This document shows, piece by piece, positions 19,764-29,711 of a DNA stretch of 64,000 nucleotides (its first letter is position 1; each line of letters opens with the position of its first letter). Made by a program: the position numbers and the translations under genes. The notes below the pieces were generated by a model. It worked only from the letters and a program-made list of their open reading frames with translations. It made no database searches and was not told where the DNA came from. Source of the DNA: an uncultured virus (IMG/VR IMGVR_UViG_3300023171_000012) (Duplodnaviria > Heunggongvirae > Uroviricota > Caudoviricetes); the IMG/VR virus record IMGVR_UViG_3300023171_000012; one strand, 5' to 3'.

Positions 19764-20413
19764 GGTGCCACCTCCTTGGTCGCTCCAAACTTTGCACTCA
19801 AGAGGTCCGCCTGATGTAGCACAATCGCCTCGAAGCTCGCAGGAGCCACCGGAGATCCCCATTCCTTCACCGGACCGTGGTGCGCCAGGATGCAGTGGTT
19901 CACCGCGTCCCGGAGTTCCCTCTTCACGCCGCAGTTGATCGCGGTCGTCATGAACTGCTGTGCCGATGCGATGATGTGGGAGTGGTGGCCGAAGAGTTCC
20001 GTGTGTTTGGGGTCTTTGTGCCAGAACACACTGTGGGTATTAATGAAATCTTCATACTTCAACAGACGCCTTTTGGGCAGAAGTTCTTCGTTTTCTGGAT
20101 GAGCGCAAAACTCCCCCAGAATATACTCCTCAATCTTCATCAGATCGTGCCACAGCACAGCGGCGATGAGCACATCCGAATCACCGTGCTTGCCGAAGTG
20201 ATACGTCAGCTCTCCATCCCTCAGATTGAGAATCCCGCCTGCGATGTCCGCCACTTCCAGAGTGTGGGCGATCAATCCACCCTCATAGGCATGGTGGAAA
20301 CTCAGGCTCGCGGGCCAGAGGAAAAAGTTCTCATAATGGAAAAGGGTTTCACAGGTCTTGCGGAGAGCCGGGTCGTGTATCAACTCGACGTATTCTTTCA
20401 GTTTTTGTTTCAT
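19760..20413 (-). CDS. HD-domain phosphohydrolase, YhaM/Cbf1-like, lacking the OB fold
   Basis: PAS..FHHAYEGGL..HT, LWHDLMK, ILAHHG..EWGSPV.P and LHQAD motifs. Confidence 0.85.
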   Translation of the reverse strand: MKQKLKEYVELIHDPALRKTCETLFHYENFFLWPASLSFHHAYEGGLIAHTLEVADIAGGILNLRDGELTYHFGKHGDSDVLIAAVLWHDLMKIEEYILGEFCAHPENEELLPKRRLLKYEDFINTHSVFWHKDPKHTELFGHHSHIIASAQQFMTTAINCGVKRELRDAVNHCILAHHGPVKEWGSPVAPASFEAIVLHQADLLSAKFGATKEVAP

Positions 20414-20796
20414 GGTGTGTATTGTTTTACGTATTCAGAGTCCCATTTACGGGTGAGAATGTCTGCGGCTTGTTCCTCGCTGCGGACGATCCCGGCGATG
20501 CCGCCGAGGGCGTTCACGCGCCGTAAGAATTTACCTTGGTCTTCCTTTCGCTTTTTGGAAGTTTTATCTTTCACTTGTTTCATTTCCCACGCGGCGAATA
20601 CGCCTATGGTCTTACCCACGTCTTCCTGGGTCACGGTGTGGGGGATCAGACCGATCAGGTCCGACACTCCCTTGACACCAATGTCCACGTAGGAGCCATC
20701 GAGAGCGATGAACGTGCCAACCTGATAACGGAGAAACATCGCACCTTCCTTTGAGGCGAGGATGCGGACAGCGGCTTGTGTGGTGGCTTCATTCAT
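20410..20796 (-). CDS. VRR-NUC domain nuclease
   Basis: G.SDLIG...E.K...Q..FL..V...GG.AG.VRS pattern. Confidence 0.8.
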   Translation of the reverse strand: MNEATTQAAVRILASKEGAMFLRYQVGTFIALDGSYVDIGVKGVSDLIGLIPHTVTQEDVGKTIGVFAAWEMKQVKDKTSKKRKEDQGKFLRRVNALGGIAGIVRSEEQAADILTRKWDSEYVKQYTP

Positions 20797-22244
20797 AAGC
20801 GTGGGAGAAGTGAGAGGCTCACCGGGCGTGAGCGTAAGGTTTTCAATGCCCAGAAATGAGGTCTTTTATATCCTCTGGCAACGGCAATCGCTTTCAGCTC
20901 GGAAAAACTCCGGGCCTTCTGGACTTCCTCCTGCCGTTCTTCCTTCGTCTGTTCAACCTCCACCAGTTCTCCGTCCACCATCTTCATGGATGTCAGGGAC
21001 TTGGATTTTATCGGATAGAGGTAGCCGCAGAAAGGGCACGCCGGGGAAGTCTTGTGAACGGAGAAACAATCGCCACAGGTTCGGGTGGCAATCTCAGAAC
21101 CGCTGGAGGGTCTTTTCTTGGTGCCTTCGAGAGACCACTGGCGTTCCGTAGAAGCAAATTCATGCTTTGATGTATTGCCGACGTGATCGAGGATGTAGGC
21201 GAACGGCTTCGGACCATTGGCAATAGCTGCAAGTCTGCCTTCAGCCGTTTCGAGGTCATATCCATCCCCATAAATTGCCCGCAGCACTCGACCGATGAAT
21301 TGGAGATGAAGGATTAGGGACTTCGTGGGGCGGAGAAACTGGATGGCAGTGGCCGCAGGGACATCGAGACCCTCACCAATCAGATCGCAGAAAGTGAGGA
21401 CTTGGTATTTCCCAGTGCCGAGGCCCGTAATCCGGTCCTCCCGATCTTCGTCCGACATTGTTCCGTCCACCGAGACAGCGCGGTATCCGGCTTTCTGGTA
21501 TTCTTCGGCGACATGCTTGGCGTGGGCGATGCTCGTGCAGCATACCAACATGGGAACGCCGTCACAGATACGTTTGTAGTGGGCGATGGCATCTCCAGTA
21601 ATGGTGTTCTCATCCATCACCTCTTCCAAAGCTTCTGCTGCATAATCTCCGCCCCGACTCGGGACGTTGGAGAGATCAGCCTTCATCGGCGGAGCAAAAT
21701 ACCGCGCCGGGCAAAGGTAGCCCTGCCCCGTGAGCCAAGTGTTCGACGGGCCTTGGACCATGTGTTGGAAGATCTGCCCGAGTCCGGCTCCGTTCGTCCG
21801 AATTGGTGTGGCCGTGACGCCGAGAATTGAGGCTTCCGGGAATGCGTCGAAGACTTTCTTCCAGCTCGCACTTAGGGTGTGATGGCACTCATCAGCGATG
21901 ATAAGATCCGGCGGGGTGAGCTTCTGAAGCCTTCTCACCAGTGTTTGGATCGACGCGACTTGGGTTACTTTTTCCGGCTGGAAAAGTTCGCCCGCTTTCA
22001 CAATACCGTGTGTCACTTCGAAGCGATCCAGCGTGTTCGACGCTTGCCGGACAAGTTCCTGGCGATGGGCAATCACCCACACACTCATCCCGTCCATCTC
22101 CGCGTCCTTCAGCACTTGCGTGAAGATTGTAGTCTTCCCGGCCCCAGTGCTAAGAACGAGAATTACCGAACGATAGATATACCGCCAAGCCACATTGAGC
22201 GTCTGGCGCAGATCCTCTTGGTATGGACGAAGTATAGGGATCAT
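20793..22244 (-). CDS. Superfamily 2 helicase (DExH) with C-terminal Zn finger
   Basis: LRPYQ, TGAGKT, DECHH, TATP and QFIGRVLR motifs; CxxC...CPFCG. Confidence 0.92.
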   Translation of the reverse strand: MIPILRPYQEDLRQTLNVAWRYIYRSVILVLSTGAGKTTIFTQVLKDAEMDGMSVWVIAHRQELVRQASNTLDRFEVTHGIVKAGELFQPEKVTQVASIQTLVRRLQKLTPPDLIIADECHHTLSASWKKVFDAFPEASILGVTATPIRTNGAGLGQIFQHMVQGPSNTWLTGQGYLCPARYFAPPMKADLSNVPSRGGDYAAEALEEVMDENTITGDAIAHYKRICDGVPMLVCCTSIAHAKHVAEEYQKAGYRAVSVDGTMSDEDREDRITGLGTGKYQVLTFCDLIGEGLDVPAATAIQFLRPTKSLILHLQFIGRVLRAIYGDGYDLETAEGRLAAIANGPKPFAYILDHVGNTSKHEFASTERQWSLEGTKKRPSSGSEIATRTCGDCFSVHKTSPACPFCGYLYPIKSKSLTSMKMVDGELVEVEQTKEERQEEVQKARSFSELKAIAVARGYKRPHFWALKTLRSRPVSLSLLPRL

Positions 22245-22720
22245 ACTTCGAAATTATGGATTTCCCAGAGGTTGATGATGTCCTTCTTTTTCTTCTTGGC
22301 GTATTTGATGCAGTTCCCTGTTCCGCCCGAGCTTCCATCCCACAAGGCCAGCACTGCGTCTGATGCGTCCACCATGGCTTCGTTTCGCCACTGCATGCAA
22401 GCTGGGATGTAATCGCCGGGATGGATCAGCCGGACTTCACTACATTTTTGAAGAATTCGCTTGTAGAGTCTCTGGCTTTCTTCAGGCCATTGCTTGCTGT
22501 GACCCGCGCACGGGACGTAGGCATGGACCTCAATCTTGAGACGAATTGCGGCGACCGCCAGAGCTTGATCCCATCCGAGAGCCACGCCGGAAATCACCAC
22601 GTCACCATCGAGTAGATTGGCCTGAAGCCATACCTTTGCGGTGCTCACCAGACTCTCGAAGACGGGCTTCGAATATCCCCCGAGTTTGTTCGGGCGATGA
22701 CCTGTTCCACAGACGATCAC
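22241..22720 (-). CDS. YspA/SLOG-family (DUF1273-like) protein
   Basis: GTGHRP, SG.ALGWD, RN..MVD and WDGSSGGT.NC motifs; GTG start coupled to upstream stop. Confidence 0.8.
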   Translation of the reverse strand: MIVCGTGHRPNKLGGYSKPVFESLVSTAKVWLQANLLDGDVVISGVALGWDQALAVAAIRLKIEVHAYVPCAGHSKQWPEESQRLYKRILQKCSEVRLIHPGDYIPACMQWRNEAMVDASDAVLALWDGSSGGTGNCIKYAKKKKKDIINLWEIHNFEV

Positions 22721-22992
22721 CGCACACCTCCGGTCAGACGAAATGGTGGGATGTGTGCGATCACATTGTCCCGGCGTCCCCACGACAGGTCTTTCCGGCC
22801 ATCGGGATGAATGGTGATATGGGCCATGTAGCCGCACAGCACCAGACTGGGCATGCCACCGCAGTAAGCGGTGATAGCGTCGTGGAGGATCTTGCCTTCG
22901 TAGATGTGACGGACTTTCACGATGTCGCGGGCGAGGTCGTCCATGCGTTTCTGAAATGGCGACTTTGGGCGTTGGGGTAGGATGAAATTCAT
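22717..22992 (-). CDS. Hypothetical protein
   Basis: 91-aa ORF filling the operon. Confidence 0.5.
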   Translation of the reverse strand: MNFILPQRPKSPFQKRMDDLARDIVKVRHIYEGKILHDAITAYCGGMPSLVLCGYMAHITIHPDGRKDLSWGRRDNVIAHIPPFRLTGGVR

Positions 22993-22998
22993 AAGTAG

Positions 22999-25182
22999 TT
23001 AATCCTTAAGATAATAGGGTGCCTGTGAACCGTCACAATCGAGTGGAAATGAACTTGCCCATTCATCCCGCGTCTGCATGGCTTCCATGAATCCTTCTAA
23101 AGGTAGACTACCATCTGCGAGAGATAGAGCTTGGTCATGGACAATCAATCGGATGTCATAACCCCTGCGTTCGGCTTCGATGCAACCACGATTCAGGAGA
23201 CATGCCCCCGTTGCCTGAATGGCATTTTCAAAGACGCGGCTTCCAAAGGTAGCCACCCGGCCCCATGTATTGGTGAGCGAGATCTTGCCATAGAAACTGA
23301 TCTGGTCCACCCAGTAGCCGCCCTTCTCACGCTTCCATGGGGCTTCCACCATATCGGCTTCATCATATTTACGAAACACGGATTTGATCTGGGGACTGGG
23401 GTAGTAGAGTTTCCGACCACTGGGTAAGGTCATCACCAGATAAGAAATGCCCGCAGCCCGGCCACAGGTGAAAGATAGCCTTCCAGCACATGCCCCAAAC
23501 TTTTCCCCTGGCTTCCGAATGGCGTCACGAATAGCCTCTTCAATGTCGCGCCACGATTTGACCGTGCTCTGGTTGGTCTCCCGGTAAATCTTCACATAGT
23601 CATCACATTCCTTTCGAGTCCGAGAGACATTGTAGGGGGGCTTCGCCAGTGCTTCCATGAGGGCCTTGCCACCGACGCCAAAACAGCAACCCAGTACGAC
23701 TGGCTTCGCAATCGTGCGCTGCTCCTTGGTGACATCCTCATAGGGTATCTTGAAGAGTTTTGCCGCCATGGATTTGTACTGGTCGATACCTGCCACGATG
23801 GATTTCAGCCCTTCCTCATCACCCGCAAGCCAACTGGTCAACCGGGCTTCCACCCCTTTGTAGTCAATGTCATAGAAATAACCAGTGTGGGGCTGAATGA
23901 AATGTCGGATGCTGGATGCAATCGCCTCCAGGGGTGACTCCCACAATTCTTCGAACCAATCCAAGGAAAAGCCTTCGCATATCATCTGATAGCAAAGAGC
24001 AGAATGTTCAATGGTGGTCTTGCGGAAATTCTGCGGTTGAATGATACGTCCGGTAGCCCTCCCAGTTCTCGCTCCATGCCATTGGGTGGTGCCTTTCACC
24101 GTGTGATCCGGGCAAGCCGCATCCCTCATCACGGGCAGCTTTTTTAGAGCTGCGAAGCTGAGAAGTGAGCGCATGCGGAGAACTTCAATAGCGATGGGGC
24201 GCATGTCGGCTGGAGGTTTCTCCAGCACTTCCTCCACGGTGCCCGCCTGCAAGTCATTCTCCGGGTAGCCGCGCTCCCGCAACCATTCCAGCAGCTTCGC
24301 ACGTTGCCCGGAGGTAATGCCCTCGGTCATGGTGAGCACCCTGGCTTCCAGCTTCTCCTTATATTTCTCCACCAATATGTCAGCATGCCTCAGTGCCTCC
24401 ATGTTCACTGGCACCCCCCGGAAATTCATCTTCAGGTCGAACTGAAAACTGGCAAGCTCATCCCCCTTCAGTTCAAAATGCTTCAGCTTGTTGTGGAGTT
24501 CGCGTTCGACCTTTACATCGTTCCGGCAGTAAGCACAAAAGGTCTCCCATGCCTCACGCACGGTCATGAGGTTTCCTCCCACTTTTATCTGCCAATCCCA
24601 CAAGATTTCTTCATCCAGAATGGGATTATTCGACGTGCGGTTAGCGGGTTTTTTCCCAGCGGTGAAAGAACCATTCTTGAGCTGCTTGATGGTGTCAGGG
24701 TCTTTCATGCCAGGCGGCGGAAACAACGTAACCGACTTCGTTTGGATCGAGAACACGTCGATCAAAGACTTGCCGATGGCATCTTTCTTGTAACCCAGCC
24801 CAAAGAATTCTGCCGCCGCAGCGAGGGACTCAGGAGCAGCAGCACGTTTACACATTGCTTGGGTGCATCGGTACACGTCAAGAGAGTCTGGTGGTGATAT
24901 TCCAACATCCGCTTCCAAGCGTGACGCGGTAAGCGGGATCTCGAACGCAGCGTGATGGGCGTACAAGAGCTTTTGTTTCTGAATTCCATCATGGAGCATT
25001 GCCTCTGCCGCCAAAGATTCTTCACCAAAGGGATCTACGAAAGACCACAACAATGGCTCTCCCGTTGTCCCAGCAACAGCAAACATGAGAATCCGCGTAG
25101 AAGGGTCCGCAGCATAACGGTAAGAGCCTAACGAGATGTCGCAGGCAGAAGTGGTCTCGTAGTCAAAATGCAATTCATTCAT
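22999..25182 (-). CDS. Phage family A DNA polymerase with 3'-5' exonuclease
   Basis: ExoI DYET, ExoIII YC.NDV, GARTGR, motif A DYKGVEAR, motif B R..AK...LG..FG, motif C VHDQ. Confidence 0.92.
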   Translation of the reverse strand: MNELHFDYETTSACDISLGSYRYAADPSTRILMFAVAGTTGEPLLWSFVDPFGEESLAAEAMLHDGIQKQKLLYAHHAAFEIPLTASRLEADVGISPPDSLDVYRCTQAMCKRAAAPESLAAAAEFFGLGYKKDAIGKSLIDVFSIQTKSVTLFPPPGMKDPDTIKQLKNGSFTAGKKPANRTSNNPILDEEILWDWQIKVGGNLMTVREAWETFCAYCRNDVKVERELHNKLKHFELKGDELASFQFDLKMNFRGVPVNMEALRHADILVEKYKEKLEARVLTMTEGITSGQRAKLLEWLRERGYPENDLQAGTVEEVLEKPPADMRPIAIEVLRMRSLLSFAALKKLPVMRDAACPDHTVKGTTQWHGARTGRATGRIIQPQNFRKTTIEHSALCYQMICEGFSLDWFEELWESPLEAIASSIRHFIQPHTGYFYDIDYKGVEARLTSWLAGDEEGLKSIVAGIDQYKSMAAKLFKIPYEDVTKEQRTIAKPVVLGCCFGVGGKALMEALAKPPYNVSRTRKECDDYVKIYRETNQSTVKSWRDIEEAIRDAIRKPGEKFGACAGRLSFTCGRAAGISYLVMTLPSGRKLYYPSPQIKSVFRKYDEADMVEAPWKREKGGYWVDQISFYGKISLTNTWGRVATFGSRVFENAIQATGACLLNRGCIEAERRGYDIRLIVHDQALSLADGSLPLEGFMEAMQTRDEWASSFPLDCDGSQAPYYLKD

Positions 25183-25757
25183 GCTTGAACCCTCCCATGA
25201 TTTACGTGGTAGCCATATACATTTTCGGCGGACTTCCGCGCCACTGCTGCATCCTCCTTGCTATCAAAAACACCTAAATGGGTTAGTCTCCCGCCCACAG
25301 TAATGTTTGCTGTCCATTTTTGAATTCCTGTGTGCCAATGAACCCCCATAATGCCCGAAGTGTTTCGCTGGGGCCTAGCCGTATTTTTCTGGTTTTCGTC
25401 CCGAGAAATGGATCTCAAATTAGCCCACGAATTATCAAATGTTACGCCGTTGATATGGTCGATAAACTTTGGCTCTTCTCCTGTTACAATTTTCCAAATT
25501 ATCCTGTGAGCCAAATAAGGAACCCCATTTATGTAGCCATTCAGATAACCCGCTCTGTTTGACGTGTAGAAAGCTTCACTCCCCGGGTGCTGTGAATTCC
25601 AACTGGATACAAGCCTTTTGGGATACTTAATATCTAGATTAAAAGTCCAATCAGGCCGATGTTTCCAAACCAGTTTTCCGGAAATTGAGTCATATGACAG
25701 AATTTTTCGTAAAAGGTCTGCATCTGGCAGCAGTTTAATAGGGGCGCAGGTAATCAT
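25179..25757 (-). CDS. HNH homing endonuclease with AP2-like C-terminus
   Basis: AHRIIW...IDHING...DN...NLR and NTSGIMGV.W motifs; lower GC. Confidence 0.9.
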   Translation of the reverse strand: MITCAPIKLLPDADLLRKILSYDSISGKLVWKHRPDWTFNLDIKYPKRLVSSWNSQHPGSEAFYTSNRAGYLNGYINGVPYLAHRIIWKIVTGEEPKFIDHINGVTFDNSWANLRSISRDENQKNTARPQRNTSGIMGVHWHTGIQKWTANITVGGRLTHLGVFDSKEDAAVARKSAENVYGYHVNHGRVQA

Positions 25758-25769
25758 CTGTGTTCACCC

Positions 25770-25803
25770 AAAAAACCCCGCCCCGGTTTCCCAGGGCGAG
25801 GCG
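25770..25803 (-). terminator. Intrinsic terminator after SSB gene
   Basis: Minus strand reads CCTCGCCCTGG-GAAA-CCGGGGCGGGG followed by a T run. Confidence 0.7.
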
Positions 25804-25820
25804 ATTCAGTTCCGTTCGAA

Positions 25821-26381
25821 TTATGCTTCGAACTCCTCGTCTTCGTCGTCAGGAAGCTCCGGCATCACTGCCGTATCAACACGAGCACCGCCGAACGGTT
25901 CACCATCTTTGACGAACTGGACGATCTCCAGCGAACCGCAGATCTTGCTCCAGTTCTTGGGGACGAACACGCCGATGACGAAGTTGCAGTAACACCCTGC
26001 GTAGGGCTTGCCATCTTCGGGCATCAGAGCGCGGCGGGCACGGTCCACGACTTGTGGACGACCTTGGGTCTCCGCACGGTTGGCGGAGACGATCCAGCAA
26101 CCTTTGGAGTTCTCGTCACCGTCCTCGCCGTCACCATCCTTGATGAGCAGGTCTTTGGTTTTGGGCTTCACGCCCTTGAAGTTGACCTTGGCAAGGCGGT
26201 CGATCTCGGCGTCGATCCGGGCCTTGGTAGCCGTGTCGGATTTGGCGACGAGGATCTGGCATCCGTAGCGGGGCTTCGAGGTGGCGTCACCTTTGATACC
26301 TTCGGCCTTGAAGAGCTTCGGGTAGCCGAGGCGACCGCTTGGAATGAATACTTGGCCTTCTGGGAGTTGCGGAATTGTCAT
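25821..26381 (-). CDS. Single-stranded DNA-binding protein (DUF2815/Enc34-like) with acidic tail
   Basis: RL.YP.LF, DGD, YAGCY and QFVKDGEPFGG motifs; ends DDEDEEFEA. Confidence 0.85.
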   Translation of the reverse strand: MTIPQLPEGQVFIPSGRLGYPKLFKAEGIKGDATSKPRYGCQILVAKSDTATKARIDAEIDRLAKVNFKGVKPKTKDLLIKDGDGEDGDENSKGCWIVSANRAETQGRPQVVDRARRALMPEDGKPYAGCYCNFVIGVFVPKNWSKICGSLEIVQFVKDGEPFGGARVDTAVMPELPDDEDEEFEA

Positions 26382-26457
26382 TATCGTATTTGGTATTTTG
26401 AGTGATGCGATTTCTTGTGCGGCCTGCATCGTCCGGGCCTCGGGTGGTGAGAGTGTT

Positions 26458-27849
26458 TCAGACTTCGAAGTCGTCGATGGCCGCGAGATCCGGCAGCGCG
26501 TCGATGACAGGTGCCACAGCTTCCCGCTTGTCCGAACTGAGAGCGATGGTACGCTGTGGCTCAGAACGTGAGACCAGCTCCTTGAAGCGGTTCGCCGTTC
26601 TGGTGGATTTCGCGAGTTTCGCCTTCAGAGCTTCCTCCATTTGGGTGGGGGACTTCAAGATGAATTTGTAACGATCTTCCTGTTTCAGACCTTGCCCCTT
26701 GAGGAATGTGTCGGCGGCTTCCTCGTTGAGCCATGCCCGGTTTCCGGCGCGGCCGAGAACAATCTTCAAACCGGGAACGTTTTCTCCGGCCATGACGCGA
26801 GCTTCGAGGGTCTCCTCAACATCAGCGAGAAATTTAATGATGGCGGGTTTGCACTCCAGCAGCTTCACCAGATAATCGTCGGTGAGGGCTTCCCGAGAGA
26901 TGCCCGCCGCTTCAGCACGGAGCTGGATGCGGGTCTCTGGTGTTTCCTTGGCTTCCTTCTTGTCGAGATCCGGCAGCAACGCCAGCAGTTCCTCACCACT
27001 GGTGTCGGGCATTTCCAGACCTTCCACGGCGGCGGCGAGACGGGCATCACACCGCCCTTTGATACGGCACCAACGGCACGAGCCATTGTCTCCGTCACTC
27101 GGTGAGAAACGCAAGCCGGGAGCGGCTTCGAGGATCTCACCGCAACTGACATCTCGTATTTCGGAACGTTTGCTGATGATCTTGTCACGCACGCGCTCCA
27201 ATCCGGTGTTAGCTTGGATGGCGGCATACTCAATCGCTTCACAGAAGGTCTCCAGTTCGCCGAGAGTGATGACCCATGGCTGAACATCTTGCGCTTCACG
27301 GTGCCGGGGCTGGAAAACCCCGATGTTCACCACGGTGTCTGGTGTGAAGTTGTAAATGTCCTCGAACAACTTCACCAAGGAGTAACAATAAATTGCTAAT
27401 TGTTCGTTCTGGTAAGACTGCACCAGGACGCCCGCGCCGTGCTTGTAGTCGCGGATGATGACGAGGCTGTCGGTCACGACCGCCCAGTCGCAGGTTCCGT
27501 TCTGATCCGGCTGATACCATAGGGGAATTGAGACCTCCGTCTGGTAGCTCACACCTTTAGGGGCGAGCGCAAGGCAGTGGTTCACATAATCCGTGATGTA
27601 GGAGCGGAAATCGTCTGGCACGTCCTCAAGAGTGATCTCGTTCAAAAGAACTTTCGCTGCCCAGTCATGAGCATCGGTTCCAAGCTTTGAATACTCCGAA
27701 GAGTTGTCTGCTGGGATACGGTGCGAATTGGCCTCAATGAGGCTGATTGAGCCAGTGCATTTAGTCCATTGGTGGCTGCTGCTGGGCGAAAGCCGGGCAT
27801 GCGCTTGGTGGGAGCCGGAAGGTCCGGCAAGGGTGTTATTAGGTATCAT
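26458..27849 (-). CDS. Cas4-like PD-(D/E)xK exonuclease (DUF2800)
   Basis: HA.LSPS...W..C, GT.AH, GT.D, DYKHG.G, QL.IY and CRWC...C motifs. Confidence 0.88.
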   Translation of the reverse strand: MIPNNTLAGPSGSHQAHARLSPSSSHQWTKCTGSISLIEANSHRIPADNSSEYSKLGTDAHDWAAKVLLNEITLEDVPDDFRSYITDYVNHCLALAPKGVSYQTEVSIPLWYQPDQNGTCDWAVVTDSLVIIRDYKHGAGVLVQSYQNEQLAIYCYSLVKLFEDIYNFTPDTVVNIGVFQPRHREAQDVQPWVITLGELETFCEAIEYAAIQANTGLERVRDKIISKRSEIRDVSCGEILEAAPGLRFSPSDGDNGSCRWCRIKGRCDARLAAAVEGLEMPDTSGEELLALLPDLDKKEAKETPETRIQLRAEAAGISREALTDDYLVKLLECKPAIIKFLADVEETLEARVMAGENVPGLKIVLGRAGNRAWLNEEAADTFLKGQGLKQEDRYKFILKSPTQMEEALKAKLAKSTRTANRFKELVSRSEPQRTIALSSDKREAVAPVIDALPDLAAIDDFEV

Positions 27850-27854
27850 AAAAT

Positions 27855-28403
27855 TTATCCGTGGTTGGCGAATTTGCCGTGTAACCGTTTTCTCGCATCT
27901 TCAACGGCTTTCGTCGCATCCTCGATGTTATCAAAGCTACCGAGATAGAGGTAAGGCCCTTTATTCTGACGAAGGCGGGCTATCCATTTGTTGGTGCCTT
28001 TTCTGAGTGAAACGCCTTTGACCCCTGAAGTGTTGTTACTCCGCAATTTAGAATTCTGAAGGTTTTCAAATCTACGAACCACCCGGAGGTTAGCGATTCG
28101 GTTGTCATCTCTGGAGCCATTTATGTGGTCCACATCGCCTTCAGGCCATTCTCCTGAAGTGACAAACATCGCAAGGCGATGAGCCAAGACCCGAACTCCA
28201 CAAACATCAATATGGCGATAGCCATTGTAGGCGATAAAACCTGCAATGTTTCCCACACATCTAGCATTCCATCTGTTTCTGAAATTGTCGTGTGGGAAAT
28301 CTTCCGCAGAACGTGGGTTCCAACGGAATTCACCTGAAAGCGGGCAATAATTGAGATGCTTGAGAAATTCCTCTTTTGTTTTTGTATTAGGCTTCGGTTT
28401 CAT
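27855..28403 (-). CDS. HNH homing endonuclease with AP2-like C-terminus
   Basis: AHRLA...VDHING.RDDNRIANLR, NNTSGVKGV and YLGSF motifs. Confidence 0.9.
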   Translation of the reverse strand: MKPKPNTKTKEEFLKHLNYCPLSGEFRWNPRSAEDFPHDNFRNRWNARCVGNIAGFIAYNGYRHIDVCGVRVLAHRLAMFVTSGEWPEGDVDHINGSRDDNRIANLRVVRRFENLQNSKLRSNNTSGVKGVSLRKGTNKWIARLRQNKGPYLYLGSFDNIEDATKAVEDARKRLHGKFANHG

Positions 28404-28600
28404 ACTTCAAACTCCTCTCCATCTGGTAGAACTATGCGGGATGTCATTGATGTTATTTCGTCGTTTGTGGCTTTGCGGATTCGGACATCCCAGTTACCGG
28501 GAACCCGGCGTCCATCGGGAAAGAAAGTTGGTGTGAAGGTGGACACGCCCCACTCGCCGTCGAGCATTTTGACGAGTCGCGGGGTCGTGTCGAGATTCAT
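28400..28600 (-). CDS. Hypothetical protein (66 aa) ending in EEFEV
   Basis: Stop coupled to the HNH ATG; shares the C-terminal motif. Confidence 0.55.
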   Translation of the reverse strand: MNLDTTPRLVKMLDGEWGVSTFTPTFFPDGRRVPGNWDVRIRKATNDEITSMTSRIVLPDGEEFEV

Positions 28601-28647
28601 GCAAGAGGTAGGTCGGCCGGAATTCCGGCCGACCAGGGTTGCGGGGT

Positions 28648-29106
28648 TCAGCCGATGATTTTCACCACATTGTTGTAGAACTCTTCCAGCTTTTCTTCGG
28701 GCAGTTCCGACGCTTTCTCGACACCCCACTCCTTGCGGATGGCCATGTAGGCGTCCTTCTGCTTTTGGAGGTTGGGACCTGCCTTGGCGAACGCGCCCTT
28801 GACGAATTCGGTGAGCACGACGAGGCCCTCTTCCTTGTCCTTGGGGAATGTGGACTCCGGGGTCTCACCGACGTGGGATTCAACTTCTGGAGCTGGCTCT
28901 TCGGCGGCAGGAGCCTCCGGTTCGGGTGCCGGAGTTTCGACTGGAGCCGGTTTCACGGCTTTCTCCTTGGCAGGCTTGACTGGGGCCGGAGTAGCGGCAG
29001 GAGCGGTAGCTTCACCGAGGCGTGCGGCGGTATTCGCTTCGACAGCGGAGACGAGTTTTTCAGTTGCGGCGATATTGGCGGCGAACAATTCTTCGATTGA
29101 TGGCAT
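28648..29106 (-). CDS. Hypothetical replication-module protein with A/P/E-rich linker
   Basis: Helical N-terminus, linker, small C-terminal helical domain; typical upstream neighbour of DUF2800-type genes. Confidence 0.65.
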   Translation of the reverse strand: MPSIEELFAANIAATEKLVSAVEANTAARLGEATAPAATPAPVKPAKEKAVKPAPVETPAPEPEAPAAEEPAPEVESHVGETPESTFPKDKEEGLVVLTEFVKGAFAKAGPNLQKQKDAYMAIRKEWGVEKASELPEEKLEEFYNNVVKIIG

Positions 29107-29126
29107 GGTATTTGTAGTTTGGGGTG

Positions 29127-29408
29127 TTAAAGCTCGATTGTTTCGAGAAGGGTGCGGAGACGAGTGTTCGTCTGATAGATCCGTTTGCTGCTATCACGGA
29201 GCGTGTCGGCAAGATCGACGAGTTGGGGTTCCGGCGCATTACCGGAACCACCGTCTTCAGGGCGATCGGCGATGATGGACTCCAAGCGTCCATAAAGTCG
29301 CGAGGTGAGGTTTTCCAGTTCCGTGAGATCCTTGTTCAGGTTCTGGAGCTGCGTTTGGACTTGGGTTTCCCGAATTGGGTCTCCGTCCTTGAGGTGTGTG
29401 GGTGGCAT
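29127..29408 (-). CDS. Hypothetical coiled-coil protein
   Basis: 93 aa, heptad pattern. Confidence 0.55.
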   Translation of the reverse strand: MPPTHLKDGDPIRETQVQTQLQNLNKDLTELENLTSRLYGRLESIIADRPEDGGSGNAPEPQLVDLADTLRDSSKRIYQTNTRLRTLLETIEL

Positions 29409-29420
29409 GGTGTTTTGGGG

Positions 29421-29711
29421 TTAGCGGTTCGCCATATGGCGTTCGAGGAGAGCGGGAGTCATGGATTTGCCGTTGCGGCCTTTTCCATCGACGATGAGCC
29501 GTGCTTTGGCGGCAAGGCCACCCAGGACGCTGTTGCGTTTCAGGATGGCGCGGTTGTGAGCGCGGGCTTTGATACGTTGGCGATTGTAAAAAGCCAGTCG
29601 TTCTTGAGTGGTTCCGTGTTTGAGGATCTGGTTCATTGGATTTGAAATGGTGATGTTGAGTGTGGTATCGGTGTGGGCTGTAACTGCCGGGAGAGTGATT
29701 ACCGTGCTCAT
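29421..29711 (-). CDS. Hypothetical basic protein
   Basis: ATGA-coupled start; an alternative start lies at 29636. Confidence 0.5.
   Translation of the reverse strand: MSTVITLPAVTAHTDTTLNITISNPMNQILKHGTTQERLAFYNRQRIKARAHNRAILKRNSVLGGLAAKARLIVDGKGRNGKSMTPALLERHMANR

Noticed and set aside
19072..25182. 2-aminoadenine (Z-genome) pathway suggested by DUF5664, HD and an odd PolA
   Set aside because: No PurZ-like gene is in the window, the HD protein has YhaM-type motifs, and an adenine MTase is present. The rest of the genome is unseen.
26458..27849. CRISPR-Cas system from the Cas4-like gene
   Set aside because: It is the usual phage replication-module nuclease; no cas genes or repeat-spacer array were seen.
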